Positions 9,325-19,423 of a stretch of 64,000 bases of DNA are shown here, one piece after another. Made by a program: the position numbers and the translations under genes. The notes below the pieces were generated by a model, which was given only the letters and a program-made list of their open reading frames with translations, was not told the origin of the DNA and ran no database searches. Positions within the stretch are counted from its first letter, which is position 1; every line of letters begins with the position of its first letter. Source of the stretch: Candidatus Latescibacterota bacterium (GTDB lineage Bacteria; Latescibacterota; UBA2968; UBA8231); the NCBI GenBank assembly GCA_965221775.1, contig CBDCSU010000006.1, positions 256,001-320,000 of the forward strand, read 5' to 3'.

Positions 9325-9532
9325 TGCTGCAGAACCTCCATGAGGCTGACTCCCCGGCCCCAGGCTTTCTGGGACCGCGGGAATCGGGTTGAGATGCGGT
9401 AGTCGGGTATCGACTTCATGTGTCCGTTGCAATCTCGGGGCGCCCGCCGCGGCGGGGAGCCAACTTGCATCCCTCAACGGTACGGCCGGCCCCGGAGACA
9501 GACAACCTAACAATAGTCCCCCCCCCGGGGCG

Positions 9533-11095
9533 CTATGGCGAAAGCCGCGCGATCCGCGCCTCGATGGCAGCGAGCTGGCCGGCGCCTCCCCGCCAGTGGG
9601 CCGCCGCCGATCGGTAGGCAGTCGCTGCTGCCTCCACCTCCCCCAGCCTCTCCCAGGCGTCTCCCAGGGCGAGGTAGGCCTTCGCGTTGGTCGAGTCCAG
9701 CCGGAGTGCGGCCTGCAACACCTCGATCGCCTGCGGGTGGTCCCCCTGGCGGATGTGCAGCCCTCCCAGGCTCAGGCGAGGCTCGACCCAGTCCGGTCGA
9801 TGGCGGATCGCTTCGCGGTAGGCCTCCTCGGCCTCGGCCGGGCGCCCCTGGAGCAGGGCCACGTTGCCGAGGGCGTGGTGCGCCTTGGCAAAGGTCGTGT
9901 CCACCCCGAGGGCCTGCTCGAAGGCCTGCCGCGCCCGGTGCAGGCGCCGGTCCCGCGCGGCGGCGTAGCCGATGGTGTAGTGGGCCTCGCGGGCCTCGCG
10001 CCGACCGGGGGCCAGGGAGATCACCTGCCGGGCCAGGGTCACCGCCTCGTCCAGGTCGCCCCGGTTCAGGCAGGCATGGCTCAACCCCGCCAGGGCCCTG
10101 ACATGTCCGGGCTCGCGCTCCAGGACGGCCCGGTACATTCCGGCGGCCTCCTGCCACCGCCCGAGCTCGCCATAGGAGCGCCCCGCCGCCAGGTAGGAGT
10201 CCAGGCCGCCGGCGGCCTGGTTCAGCTGTTTCTCCAGGGCCCGCACCCGGGCGGCGCGCCGGTTCAGCTCGGAGAAGCGGTCCAGCAGGATCCGCGCCTC
10301 CTCCACGCGCCCCCGGGCGGATTGGAGGTTGGCCAGGCTGTGGTGCGCCTCGGGCCAGTCCGGGTCGATCTCCAGGGCCCGGCGCAGCATGCCTTCGGCC
10401 TCTGCGTAGCGTTCCGCGTAGGTGTAGAGCACCCCGAGTTCCCGGCAGGCTTCCCTGTTGGCGGGAGCGAACCGGACGGCGCGCTTCAGCATCTTCTCCG
10501 ACTCCGCCGTGCGCCCCCGCAGCCGCAGGAGCCGTCCCAGGCTCGACAGCGCCGCGGCATCGGCCGAGTCGGCCGCCACGGCCCGCAGCAGGGCCGCCTC
10601 GGCCCGGTCGTACGCCCCCTGTTCCTGGTGCAGACCGGCCAGGAGCCGGTACGAGGCAGCCGCTCCCGGATCGATGCGCACGGCCTCCTCCAGCAGGGCC
10701 ACCGCTTCCGGGTGGCGTCCCTCCTCCCCGTAGGCCACGGCCAGATTGTGGCTGGCGCGAACGAAGATGGAATCCAGCCGAAGGGCGGACAGGTACGCGG
10801 TCCGGGCCGAATCCCTGCGTCCCAGCTTCATGTAGGCGGTGGCCAGATTGTGGTGGGCTTCGGCGGAGAGGGTGTCCAGGGCCAGCGCCTGTCGATACGC
10901 GGCCAGTGCCTCCCGGAACCGGGCTTGGCGGTACAAGCTGTTCCCGAGGGCGCGAAGCCGCTCTATCTCCGGATCCGGCGGCGGCGGTTCGGGTGCCTGG
11001 CACGCGCCCGGCCAGATCGCCAGGAGAGCGGCGGCGGTGGGGCGCAGCAGGGCTGCAAACGCCGGTGCAATCGCGCCGGGCTTCGACTCGATCAA
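9533..11095 (-). CDS. Tetratricopeptide-repeat protein, possible lipoprotein
   Basis: Many TPR units (AHHNLATAYMKLGRRDSA, ASHNLAVAYGEEGRHPEAVALLEEAVRIDP). Start placed at TTG 11095 after GAAGGGGG; the track ORF extends to 11218. LLAIWPGAC is a weak lipobox. Confidence 0.85.
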   Translation of the reverse strand: MIESKPGAIAPAFAALLRPTAAALLAIWPGACQAPEPPPPDPEIERLRALGNSLYRQARFREALAAYRQALALDTLSAEAHHNLATAYMKLGRRDSARTAYLSALRLDSIFVRASHNLAVAYGEEGRHPEAVALLEEAVRIDPGAAASYRLLAGLHQEQGAYDRAEAALLRAVAADSADAAALSSLGRLLRLRGRTAESEKMLKRAVRFAPANREACRELGVLYTYAERYAEAEGMLRRALEIDPDWPEAHHSLANLQSARGRVEEARILLDRFSELNRRAARVRALEKQLNQAAGGLDSYLAAGRSYGELGRWQEAAGMYRAVLEREPGHVRALAGLSHACLNRGDLDEAVTLARQVISLAPGRREAREAHYTIGYAAARDRRLHRARQAFEQALGVDTTFAKAHHALGNVALLQGRPAEAEEAYREAIRHRPDWVEPRLSLGGLHIRQGDHPQAIEVLQAALRLDSTNAKAYLALGDAWERLGEVEAAATAYRSAAAHWRGGAGQLAAIEARIARLSP

Positions 11096-11463
11096 CGGCT
11101 TCAGGTCCCCCCTTCCCGCGGCCAGATGGACTGGATGGGGCAGCGGGTCGAGTGGGTCAGCCGCGCCGAGGCGCTCCGACTGGTCCTGGCGTCCTCCGCG
11201 CCGTCCATGTGTTCGCATCCAGCCACGCCTGGGTTTGACCCGAGGGCGCTGCGGCGGCTATCCCACGGGGGCGCGGGGAGGCGGTACCCGTGGCGGATCA
11301 GCGCGCCCAGCGCCGGCTTCCCCTGATACGTCGGGTTCTTCTAGTATAGGCAAGAGCGTCGCGGGCGAGGCTCGGACGAGGAGCCGCCCCACAGGGCCTT
11401 GGGAGACCGGTCCCAAGCCGGTGTCGGCGGCGGGCCCGCGCCCGCCAGACAAGGGGATTCAGC

Positions 11464-12345
11464 ATGGCCGAGACAGTCGAACTGGAAGGCGGCTCCTTCC
11501 GGGGCCTGCTCCTCGACAACGAGGCGAACGCCGACCGCCAGGGGAGCGGCTTCACCCCCCTGTGCCACCGCGGCCGCCCGGACCACAACCTCTTCCGGGA
11601 CGACGCCGTGGGCCTCAACCTCGAGCACGTCATGAACGGCGCCGCGGCCGACGCCGAGCGCTCGATGTTCACCCCCCGGAAGGACCGCTGTCTCCTGATC
11701 TCCCACTCCCCCGGTGAAGCCTCGGTCCGCCACCCCGCCGCCGACTCCTCCTGGGGGATCGAGAGCGAGATGCGCTACCGCCTCGGTCCGGACTGCGTCG
11801 ACATGGAGTTCAGCGCCCGCCTGACCGACGAGGGCTGCGCCCCCCTCGGGTACGTGGCCTTCATGTGGGCTTCCTACATGAACCGCACCCGCGGCCGGGA
11901 GATTCACTTCTACGGGACCTGCGAAGGGGAGGAAGGCTGGGTCCGCTTCGGCGAGGACCTCGCGGAGGGCGGCTTCGAGACCGGCACCGTCGCCCACGCC
12001 TCGGTAGATCCACTGCCGTACGAAGCCGGGGCCCAAACCCTCAACCTCGTCGAGGATCCCCGGAAGCGCTTCCTGCTGCCGTTCTACTACGGTCTGACGG
12101 AGAGCGGGATGGTCTACGCCATGATGTTCGATCAGGAAGCGCCGATCCGCTTCGCCCTGTGGAACTTCATACAGGACGAGCGCGGACGGCCGGACCCGCA
12201 CAGCCCGGCCTGGGACTGGCAGTACGTCATCCGCAACCCGGAGATCGGCCGGACCTGCCGCTACCGGGCGCGGCTCCTGTACCAACCCTTCGCCGGACGC
12301 GAGGCGGTGCGGCGGGCGTACGAGGAGTGGGCGTCCGGACTGTAG
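11464..12345 (+). CDS. Conserved-looking hypothetical protein, possibly galactose-mutarotase-like beta-sandwich
   Basis: 293 aa, AGGGGA RBS, host-like codon usage. GLNLEH, FMWASYMN, SPAWDWQ motifs. The fold is an inference. Confidence 0.7.
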   Translation: MAETVELEGGSFRGLLLDNEANADRQGSGFTPLCHRGRPDHNLFRDDAVGLNLEHVMNGAAADAERSMFTPRKDRCLLISHSPGEASVRHPAADSSWGIESEMRYRLGPDCVDMEFSARLTDEGCAPLGYVAFMWASYMNRTRGREIHFYGTCEGEEGWVRFGEDLAEGGFETGTVAHASVDPLPYEAGAQTLNLVEDPRKRFLLPFYYGLTESGMVYAMMFDQEAPIRFALWNFIQDERGRPDPHSPAWDWQYVIRNPEIGRTCRYRARLLYQPFAGREAVRRAYEEWASGL

Positions 12346-12357
12346 CGCCTTCGACCC

Positions 12358-14244
12358 TCACCACGGCGGGGCCAGGCCCGGGTCGTGGACGAAGCGCTTC
12401 ATGCCCAGCCCGAGCCGGACGCAGGTACTCGGCGGCAGGGCCAGGGCGAGGGTCTTGCCGTTCACCGGGACGCGCCGCGATCCCCCGTCGACCTCGACCT
12501 CGGTGAACTCGTGCTCGCCCATGCCTCCCGCCTGGATCAGCATCTCCCGGTGTTCCGCCGCGCTTGTGTTCACCACCGTCAGCTCGGCCCGGTCGCCGCT
12601 CAGTCCCGACACCAGGGCGGCCACGTCGGGCGGCAGCCCCGGCCGGCGCCGCTGGATGTCGAAGTGGCGCAGTCTCGTGACCAGCAGACCGCCGTTGTAG
12701 TGCGGCAGAGGGGCGCCCATGGTGAGCTGCACCAGGCCTTCGCAGGTGACCGGGTTGCGCTGCTGGAAGTAGGCGTCGTTGTAGGTGGCGGGGTCCTGCT
12801 CGTCCTGGGCCATGAAGTCGAGGCGCGCCTGCACCTGGTCCAGATTGTGCTCGAGGATCCGCTCGGGATACTCGGGGAACTCGCCGTGGAGGAAGGCCAT
12901 CCAGCCCCAGTCGTGGCCGCCCTGGTCCTTGGTGTGGTGCCACGAGTTGACGGCGAAGGGATCGCCCGACCGCTTGCGGGTCCCCTCGAACCGCCGCGAG
13001 TCGCCCCGGTCCATCGACATGCACCACAGGTGGGCGATGTCGGAGGGGTACATGGGCATGAACTCGAACCAGCCGTCCTGCTGCAGGGCGGTGCCGTCCT
13101 CCTTGCGGACCACGTACCACATCCACTCCCCCGGCTTGAAGTCGACCCGCCCGGGATCGTCGTACTTGTGGGGCACGTAGAGCTGATCGTCGCGCTCGAT
13201 CCCGCGGGAGACGAGGGCGTCGATCTGCGACCTCGGAAACTCCATGTACTCAAGCCGCCGCGTCAGCAGGGCGCAGTTCTGGGCCGCCACCCCCACCGCC
13301 TGGCCGACGCTGTGCCAGCCGTGGGGCCAGGCCCAGCCATACATCGACCCGTACCACTTGCCGCCGGTGTGCTCCCCCACCACTCCGGAGAGGCCGACGT
13401 TGTCGGGCACGATGCCGCCGTTGGCGGCGGCGCGCTCCATCCAGGCCTCGGTGTACTCCACGGCCCAGTCGCGGTACTTCCCGTCCCCCGTCAGCAGCCA
13501 GGCGTTGGCCGCCAGGGTGGTGGCCAGGAGGTTGACCACCGCGTCGCCGCGGCCCATGCGGTCGCGCATGGCCTCGCCCAGCCGCTCGCCCAGTTCGGGG
13601 TTGGCTCGCACCGTGTCGTGGTCGGTGCACCCCGGCACGTCGTAGAACGGCAGGTTGTAGCCCTCGTAGGGCCAGTGCGGACCTTCGTCGAAGGCCCACC
13701 AGGCCGGCCCCTTGCTGCCGTTCCTCGCGCAGCGGATGATGCGGTGCTCCGGGTCGTAGTTGGGCGCCTCCGGGTCCTCGCCGAGGAACAGCCCGGTGAA
13801 GCGCCGGGCCCGCTCGATGTTGGCCTCGTTGGCCGGATCGGCCATGCAGAGCATGTAGAACAGGTAGTTGCCCTCGCCCTGGTGGAACCAGTCGTAGCCC
13901 GGCTGGTACTCCCCCACCACCATGGGGTAGCCGTGCCCCGTGCCGTGCCGGCTCATCTGCTCGTTGATGGCGTCGAACTCCCGCTGGCCGTCGGCCAGGA
14001 ACCGGTCGCTGCCGCCGAGCAGGTAGAAGAGGGGCCAGTTGTGAAAGCTCTCGTAGCAGTCGTCCAGGGCGTCGATGCTCTGGAAGTCGGGGCTTGGGGG
14101 CCAGAGCAGGCGCCCGTCCGGATGGGTGTACCTCTCGAGCGCCCTCGGCGCGGCGTCCTCGATGGCGTCGAAGAGCCGGCGCTGGAGCAGGGCCCACTTC
14201 GGCGGTGCGGCGGCCGACTCGCGCGCCTCCAGGGTGACTGCCAT
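12358..14244 (-). CDS. Conserved hypothetical cytoplasmic protein, possibly (alpha/alpha)-toroid glycoside-hydrolase-like
   Basis: ATG 14244 with AGGAGG RBS. Aromatic-rich motifs DDCYESFHNWPLFYLLGG, YDWFHQGEG, WYGSMYGWAWPHG, RNPVTCEGLVQLTMG. Confidence 0.75.
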   Translation of the reverse strand: MAVTLEARESAAAPPKWALLQRRLFDAIEDAAPRALERYTHPDGRLLWPPSPDFQSIDALDDCYESFHNWPLFYLLGGSDRFLADGQREFDAINEQMSRHGTGHGYPMVVGEYQPGYDWFHQGEGNYLFYMLCMADPANEANIERARRFTGLFLGEDPEAPNYDPEHRIIRCARNGSKGPAWWAFDEGPHWPYEGYNLPFYDVPGCTDHDTVRANPELGERLGEAMRDRMGRGDAVVNLLATTLAANAWLLTGDGKYRDWAVEYTEAWMERAAANGGIVPDNVGLSGVVGEHTGGKWYGSMYGWAWPHGWHSVGQAVGVAAQNCALLTRRLEYMEFPRSQIDALVSRGIERDDQLYVPHKYDDPGRVDFKPGEWMWYVVRKEDGTALQQDGWFEFMPMYPSDIAHLWCMSMDRGDSRRFEGTRKRSGDPFAVNSWHHTKDQGGHDWGWMAFLHGEFPEYPERILEHNLDQVQARLDFMAQDEQDPATYNDAYFQQRNPVTCEGLVQLTMGAPLPHYNGGLLVTRLRHFDIQRRRPGLPPDVAALVSGLSGDRAELTVVNTSAAEHREMLIQAGGMGEHEFTEVEVDGGSRRVPVNGKTLALALPPSTCVRLGLGMKRFVHDPGLAPPW

Positions 14245-14267
14245 GCGTGGTTTCCTCCTGTACGGCC

Positions 14268-16022
14268 TCAGGGGCCGGGAGCCGGGGCGGGGCGTCCCAC
14301 CTCGCCCTCCACGAGCGTGATGAAGCGGTCGGGTTGCAGGCCGGCCAGGCGCTCGACGGCGCCGCCGGGCCAGTGGATCCGCAGCGAGTCGACCCGCGTC
14401 CGGGAGCCCAGCCCGAAGCTCACCCGCAGGTCCCGCTGCGACAGGTAGCTGAAGCTGCCCCGGACCTCCCGCACTTGGTGGAGGTCCCCCGCCCACACCT
14501 CGATCCGCGCGCCGATGGCGTCGCGGTTGCCGGCCCCGCCCCGGGCGGCGATGGTGAGCCAGTGGCGCGAGTTCCCCCCCTCGTTGCGCAGCAGCGCGGC
14601 CGGCTGGCCGCTGTTGCTGACGACGATATCCGTGTCGCCGTCGTCGTCGTAGTCGCCCACGGCGCAGCCGCGGCTGACCCGCGCCCGGGTCAGGGCCGCC
14701 CCCGCCCGCGACGAGATGTCCCGGAAGCGGTAGCGGCCGGCGGCGTCGGGGCCCTGGTTGCGCAGCAGCTGGTTCGGCTGGCCGTAGCTGCTGGACTCGC
14801 GGAAGGCCGAGGCGTTGTCGAGGACGTGGCCGTTGGCCACGAAGAGGTCCTGGTAGCCGTCGTTGTCGTAGTCGACGAAGGCGATGCCGAAGGAGAGCCA
14901 GCGCAGGCTGACCAGACCGACGCCCGCGGGATAGGAGGCGTGGGGGAAGAACCCGGTCCCCCGGTTCCGGTAGAGGCTGTTGGGCTCGTTCTCGAAATTG
15001 GTGACCACCAGGTCGACGCGGCCGTCGTTGTCGTAGTCGGCGGCGTCGACCCCCATTCCCGCCTCCTCCTGGCCGTCCTCGCCGAAGGCGACGCCGGCCA
15101 CGCCGCCGACCTCGGTGAAACGCCCGCCGCCCTCGTTGTGGTAGAGGAAGTTGGGCACCGCGTCATTGGCCACGTAGAGGTCGCTCCAGCCGTCGTTGTC
15201 GTAGTCGGTGGCCACCACGCCCAGACCCCGCCCGGCCGCGGCCGAGGTGTCCACCAGCCCGGCCAGCCGGGTCACGGTGAGGAAACGGCCGCCGCCCTCG
15301 TTGCGGAACAGGTGATCCTCGGCGCCGGCGAAGTTCCGCGGATGGGGGTAGGCCTCGATGCCTTCTTCCGGGGCCCGCTGTGAGACGGGCAGATAGGCTT
15401 CCAGGTCCTTCCCCGCGAAGGCGAGGTCGTAGTGGACGTAGTTGGCCACGTAGAGGTCGAGGTCGCCGTCGTTGTCGTAGTCGACGAAGGCGCTGCCCGT
15501 GCTCCAGGTGGTGTCCGCCGCCCCGGCCTGGCCGGTGACATCGCGGTACCTCCCATCGCCCTCGTTTCGGTACATCACGTTGCCGCCATAGTTGGTCAGG
15601 TAGAGATCGGCGTCGCCGTCGTTGTCGTAGTCGGCGAAGGCGCACCCCATGCCGTGGCCCGGGTCATCCACCCCGGCGTCGCCCGCCGCCTCCACGAAGC
15701 GGCTGCCCTCATTGCGGAAGAGGGCGTTGACCGGATTCGGCGGACCGGTGTAGCCCGGGAAGGCGGCGCCGTTGACGAAGTAGATGTCCAGATCCTGGTC
15801 GCCGTCGAAGTCGACGAAGCCGACCCCGGAGCCCATCGTCTCCGGGAAGTAGCGCCGGCCGCTGGCCCCGGTGACGTGCCGGAAGTCGACACCGGCCTCG
15901 GCGGCCACGTCGACGTACTCTATCGCTGGAAGGGGTGCGGGTTGAGCGGCCCTGCCCGGCGGCGGGCCCAGGCAGAGGACGACCGCCATAGCCGAGGCGC
16001 TAAGGGCGCCCAGTCGGCGCAT
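14268..16022 (-). CDS. CRTAC1-family protein (FG-GAP/VCBS repeats + ASPIC/UnbV domain), secreted
   Basis: Signal MRRLGALSASAMAVVLCLG. ETMGSGVGFVDFDGDQDLDIY, repeated DYDNDGxxDLYVxN, NRDAIGARIEV, SYLSQRDLRVSFGLG. Confidence 0.92.
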   Translation of the reverse strand: MRRLGALSASAMAVVLCLGPPPGRAAQPAPLPAIEYVDVAAEAGVDFRHVTGASGRRYFPETMGSGVGFVDFDGDQDLDIYFVNGAAFPGYTGPPNPVNALFRNEGSRFVEAAGDAGVDDPGHGMGCAFADYDNDGDADLYLTNYGGNVMYRNEGDGRYRDVTGQAGAADTTWSTGSAFVDYDNDGDLDLYVANYVHYDLAFAGKDLEAYLPVSQRAPEEGIEAYPHPRNFAGAEDHLFRNEGGGRFLTVTRLAGLVDTSAAAGRGLGVVATDYDNDGWSDLYVANDAVPNFLYHNEGGGRFTEVGGVAGVAFGEDGQEEAGMGVDAADYDNDGRVDLVVTNFENEPNSLYRNRGTGFFPHASYPAGVGLVSLRWLSFGIAFVDYDNDGYQDLFVANGHVLDNASAFRESSSYGQPNQLLRNQGPDAAGRYRFRDISSRAGAALTRARVSRGCAVGDYDDDGDTDIVVSNSGQPAALLRNEGGNSRHWLTIAARGGAGNRDAIGARIEVWAGDLHQVREVRGSFSYLSQRDLRVSFGLGSRTRVDSLRIHWPGGAVERLAGLQPDRFITLVEGEVGRPAPAPGP

Positions 16023-16227
16023 GGGACGCGATCCTTGTGTTTGCTGGGGGGCTCTGCGGGTCCCTCGCCTTGCACACGACTCGGATGGCGTCCACCCTTC
16101 GCGGCGGAGTGGCGGCGGCAGGCCGGAACCTCCTTGATTCCGGGCCGGCCCAAGATACCACAACCCGGGGAGAGCGTGCATCCGGGCCGCAAGGCACCAT
16201 CGAATCACTTCCTGACTGGAGCTTCTC

Positions 16228-17676
16228 ATGGAACCTCTGAACTACATCGACGGCCAGTCGGTCGGCGCCTCGGACGGAAAGACCTTTGCTCAGCGCGATC
16301 CGGCCGACCTGGAGCACGTGACCGGCGAGTGGCCCCAGGGAACCTGCGCCGACGCCGAGCAGGCCATCGAAGCGGCGCACGCGGTCTTTCCGGCCTGGGC
16401 GGAAATGGGCGTGTACCAGCGGGCGGAGTACCTGTCGCGGGCGGTTGCCGTGCTGAAAGGGCGGGCCGAGGAAGTTGCCGCCATCCTCACCGCGGAGAAC
16501 GGCAAGACCCTCGACGAAGCGCGCACCGAAGTGGCGTCGGCGGTGCGCGAGATGGAGTTTCAGATCGCCCGGGGGGTCTCCATGTGCGGCCAGACGGCGC
16601 CCTCGGCGCAGGCCGGGGTCTTCGCTTACAGCGTGCGGCGGCCCCTCGGGGTGGCGTCGATCATCAGCCCCTGGAACTTTCCCTTCAACGTGCCGGGACG
16701 GAAGTGCACGCCGGCCCTGGTCAGCGGCAACACCATCGTCTTCAAGCCGGCGAGTCTGACACCCGGAGCCGGGCGGGCCTTCGTCGACATCTTTGCCGAG
16801 GCGGGGCTGCCTCCGGGAGTGCTGAACTTCGTCTGCGGCGGGGGGAGCACCGTCGGAGAAACGATGATCACCCATCCCCTGGTGCAGTCGATCTCCTTTA
16901 CGGGATCGACCGAGGTGGGCCGGGGCATTCAGCGGAGCGCCGCCCAGGGCATGACCCGCACGCAGCTGGAGATGGGGGGCAAGAACCCCGCGGTGATCCT
17001 GGCCGACGCCGACCTCGACATGGCGGCGGATGCCGTCGTCAAGGCGGCCTACGCCTGCGCCGGCCAGTGGTGCACTTCCACGAGCCGCGCCATCGTCGAG
17101 CGCGAGGTCGCCGCCGCCTTCACCGACAAGGTGCTGGAGCGCGTCAAGCGGATTCGCGTGGGAAAGGGGACAGAGGATGGGGTCGACATGGGGCCGGTAT
17201 GCGGCACCGACCAGCTCGAGACCATCGAGGGCTACATCGAGATCGGCAGGGCGGAAGGGGGCTGCCTCGCCCATGGAGGCGAGCGCCTGACCGACGAGGG
17301 CCTCGACAAAGGGTGTTTCATCGCGCCCACGGTCTTCACCGACGTCCAGCCGCAGATGCGCATCGCCCAGGAGGAGATCTTCGGCCCGGTGTTATGCCTG
17401 ATGGCAGCCGAGGATTACGAAGAGGCCCTGGAGATCGCCAATGGCGTCGAGTTCGGCCTCGCGTCATCGATCTTCACGCGGGACATCGGCCGGGCCTTCC
17501 GGTTCCTGGAAGAGACCGACGTGGGGCTGACCCACGTCAACATGATGACGGCCTACCGCGAGCCCCAGCTCTCCTTCGGCGGGGTGAAGGCGTCCGGCCA
17601 CGGGATCCCGGAAGCGGGCGACACGGGGATCGAGTTCTTCACCGAGCACAAGGTCGCCTTCATCAACTATCGCTGA
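16228..17676 (+). CDS. Aldehyde dehydrogenase (alpha-ketoglutaric-semialdehyde-dehydrogenase-like)
   Basis: ISPWNFP, FTGSTEVG, LEMGGKNP, AGQWCTS (catalytic Cys), EEIFGP, FGGVKASG. Confidence 0.95.
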   Translation: MEPLNYIDGQSVGASDGKTFAQRDPADLEHVTGEWPQGTCADAEQAIEAAHAVFPAWAEMGVYQRAEYLSRAVAVLKGRAEEVAAILTAENGKTLDEARTEVASAVREMEFQIARGVSMCGQTAPSAQAGVFAYSVRRPLGVASIISPWNFPFNVPGRKCTPALVSGNTIVFKPASLTPGAGRAFVDIFAEAGLPPGVLNFVCGGGSTVGETMITHPLVQSISFTGSTEVGRGIQRSAAQGMTRTQLEMGGKNPAVILADADLDMAADAVVKAAYACAGQWCTSTSRAIVEREVAAAFTDKVLERVKRIRVGKGTEDGVDMGPVCGTDQLETIEGYIEIGRAEGGCLAHGGERLTDEGLDKGCFIAPTVFTDVQPQMRIAQEEIFGPVLCLMAAEDYEEALEIANGVEFGLASSIFTRDIGRAFRFLEETDVGLTHVNMMTAYREPQLSFGGVKASGHGIPEAGDTGIEFFTEHKVAFINYR

Positions 17677-18451
17677 TGGGCTGGTAGGCCGGGAAGACGC
17701 GGGGATAGGCGCGGCCCGTCGTCTCCTGGCGGGTCGCCGCGTCGATGTAGCAGACGCTGAAGGCGCGGCGCGGGCGATCGGTGCTGTTGGTCTCCGAGCG
17801 GTGCAAGGTCCAGTTGTGCAGGAGCACCACTTCGCCCTTCTCCATCTCCAGGTACAGCCGCTTCTCGTCCGGGGCGTGCAGCGCCCGCTCCTCCGCCGAC
17901 AGTTGATCGCCCTTCTCGGGAATCATGGTGTGGTGCGAGCCGGGGATGATCTGCAGACAGCCGTTGGCAACGCACGTGTCGTCGAGGGCCGTCCACACCG
18001 TGACCTTGGGGGGGATGCTCAGCTGCCAGCCGCCGGCGCCGTCCTGGTGCCAGTTGATCACCACGCCTTGCTCGGCGGGCTTGTTGAAGAACATGGCGCG
18101 GAAGACCGAGACCTCCGCGCCGACGATCCTGGCGGTCAGGTCGCGGAAGAGCGGCTTCTGCATGTAGTCCAGGAACAGCGGGTCCTGCTCCAGATCCTGG
18201 ATCTTGCGGTACTTGAGGGAGGAGCCCTTGAACTTCCTGGTCTGCCGCGAGAGCTCGGGATCGCCGGCCGAAGGGCACAGCTGCATGAGCATGTCATCGT
18301 AGCACACTTCGCCGAGCATGATCTGGTCGATGCGCCTGCAGAGGGCGTCGATCTCGTCCCGGGGAGCGACGTGGCCGAGGCGCACGTAGCCCTGCTCGCG
18401 AAACCGGCCGAGTTCGGCGGCGCTCAGCTTGGGGGCGTGGAGAGCGGTCAT
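17663..18451 (-). CDS. Phytanoyl-CoA dioxygenase (PhyH) family Fe(II)/2OG enzyme
   Basis: WHQD...NGCLQIIPGSH...LHRSETN...RRA (HxD...H triad plus Arg). Confidence 0.92.
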   Translation of the reverse strand: MTALHAPKLSAAELGRFREQGYVRLGHVAPRDEIDALCRRIDQIMLGEVCYDDMLMQLCPSAGDPELSRQTRKFKGSSLKYRKIQDLEQDPLFLDYMQKPLFRDLTARIVGAEVSVFRAMFFNKPAEQGVVINWHQDGAGGWQLSIPPKVTVWTALDDTCVANGCLQIIPGSHHTMIPEKGDQLSAEERALHAPDEKRLYLEMEKGEVVLLHNWTLHRSETNSTDRPRRAFSVCYIDAATRQETTGRAYPRVFPAYQPISDS

Positions 18452-18464
18452 GGCAGGTTGTGCC

Positions 18465-19214
18465 TTACTCCAGCAGAATGCCGCCGTCGAGGACGATGTT
18501 CTTTCCCGTCATCGACGGAGTCCTGCACAGCATTTCGAAGACGTAGAGCAGGTGCGCGGGAGGGACTTCCTGGTTCCACACCTTCATCAGGTTCTTCACC
18601 CCGTCGATCGCTTCGCGCGGCGTGTTGGAGATCATCTGGCCGCTGACGATGACCGGGCTGATGGAGTTGACGCGGATGCCGAACTCCTTGCCCGCCTGCA
18701 CCGCATAGTTGCGGCTGAGCCCGAGGAGGGCCGCCTTGCTGCAGACATAGGGCGCTCCCACGTACAGCCCACCCACCAATGCGGCCAGGGACACGATATT
18801 GATGATTTGCCGGTCGCCGCTGCCATGCTGCATCAGGCCCACCGCGCCCTGACTCATGAAGACCGCGCCTTTGGCATTCACGTCGAGGACCCGGTCCCAG
18901 TTGTCCTCGGTCATGTCGAGGAGCTTCACCTCGCTGAGGAGGCCGGCGTTGTTGATGAGCAGATCGAGGCTGTCGTAGCGTTCGGCGATCTCGGCGTAGA
19001 ACGACTTGATCTGGCCCACATCGCTGAGGTCAACGCGATGGGCGCTGTACTCGCCGCCATGGGACGCGACGGCCTCCTCGGTCTCCTCCTGCGAGGCGAC
19101 ATCCACCAGAATGGGAGTCCCGCCGCGCGAGGCGATGTAGGATGCAAAGAGTCTGCCAATCGTCCCGCCGGAGCCGGTGATGATGCAGCGCCGGCCCTCG
19201 AGGTACTCTTCCAT
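18465..19214 (-). CDS. Short-chain dehydrogenase/reductase
   Basis: ITGSGGTIG, LINNAG, YVCSK, IRVNSISP. Start at ATG 19214 preferred; the track ORF starts at 19250. Confidence 0.9.
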   Translation of the reverse strand: MEEYLEGRRCIITGSGGTIGRLFASYIASRGGTPILVDVASQEETEEAVASHGGEYSAHRVDLSDVGQIKSFYAEIAERYDSLDLLINNAGLLSEVKLLDMTEDNWDRVLDVNAKGAVFMSQGAVGLMQHGSGDRQIINIVSLAALVGGLYVGAPYVCSKAALLGLSRNYAVQAGKEFGIRVNSISPVIVSGQMISNTPREAIDGVKNLMKVWNQEVPPAHLLYVFEMLCRTPSMTGKNIVLDGGILLE

Positions 19215-19423
19215 CGTTACGTACTGCTCCACCCCCGTACTGCCCTTCATGATCTTCGTGTCTCCTGGTGCTCACCCGGTGCGAGTCGCTGCGCCTCGGC
19301 GCAGGGCATGAAAGGGCCCCCTCGGAGGGCGGTCAAGGGACGGCCGCCCCGCCTTGACTGGGCGACGAGGAATCTCTTTATGCATAGGCGCGAAACACAC
19401 CCAACGAATAGGGAGCCGATCCG

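Noticed and set aside
14620-15820. Recurring DNA motif gtcgttgtcgtagtc
   Set aside because: Encodes the DYDNDG FG-GAP repeats of the CRTAC1-family protein.
19332-19359. Inverted GTCAAGG/CCTTGAC between the SDR and Ldh_2 genes as an operator
   Set aside because: Equally explained by back-to-back TTGAC -35 elements of divergent promoters, and the -10 elements are unconvincing.
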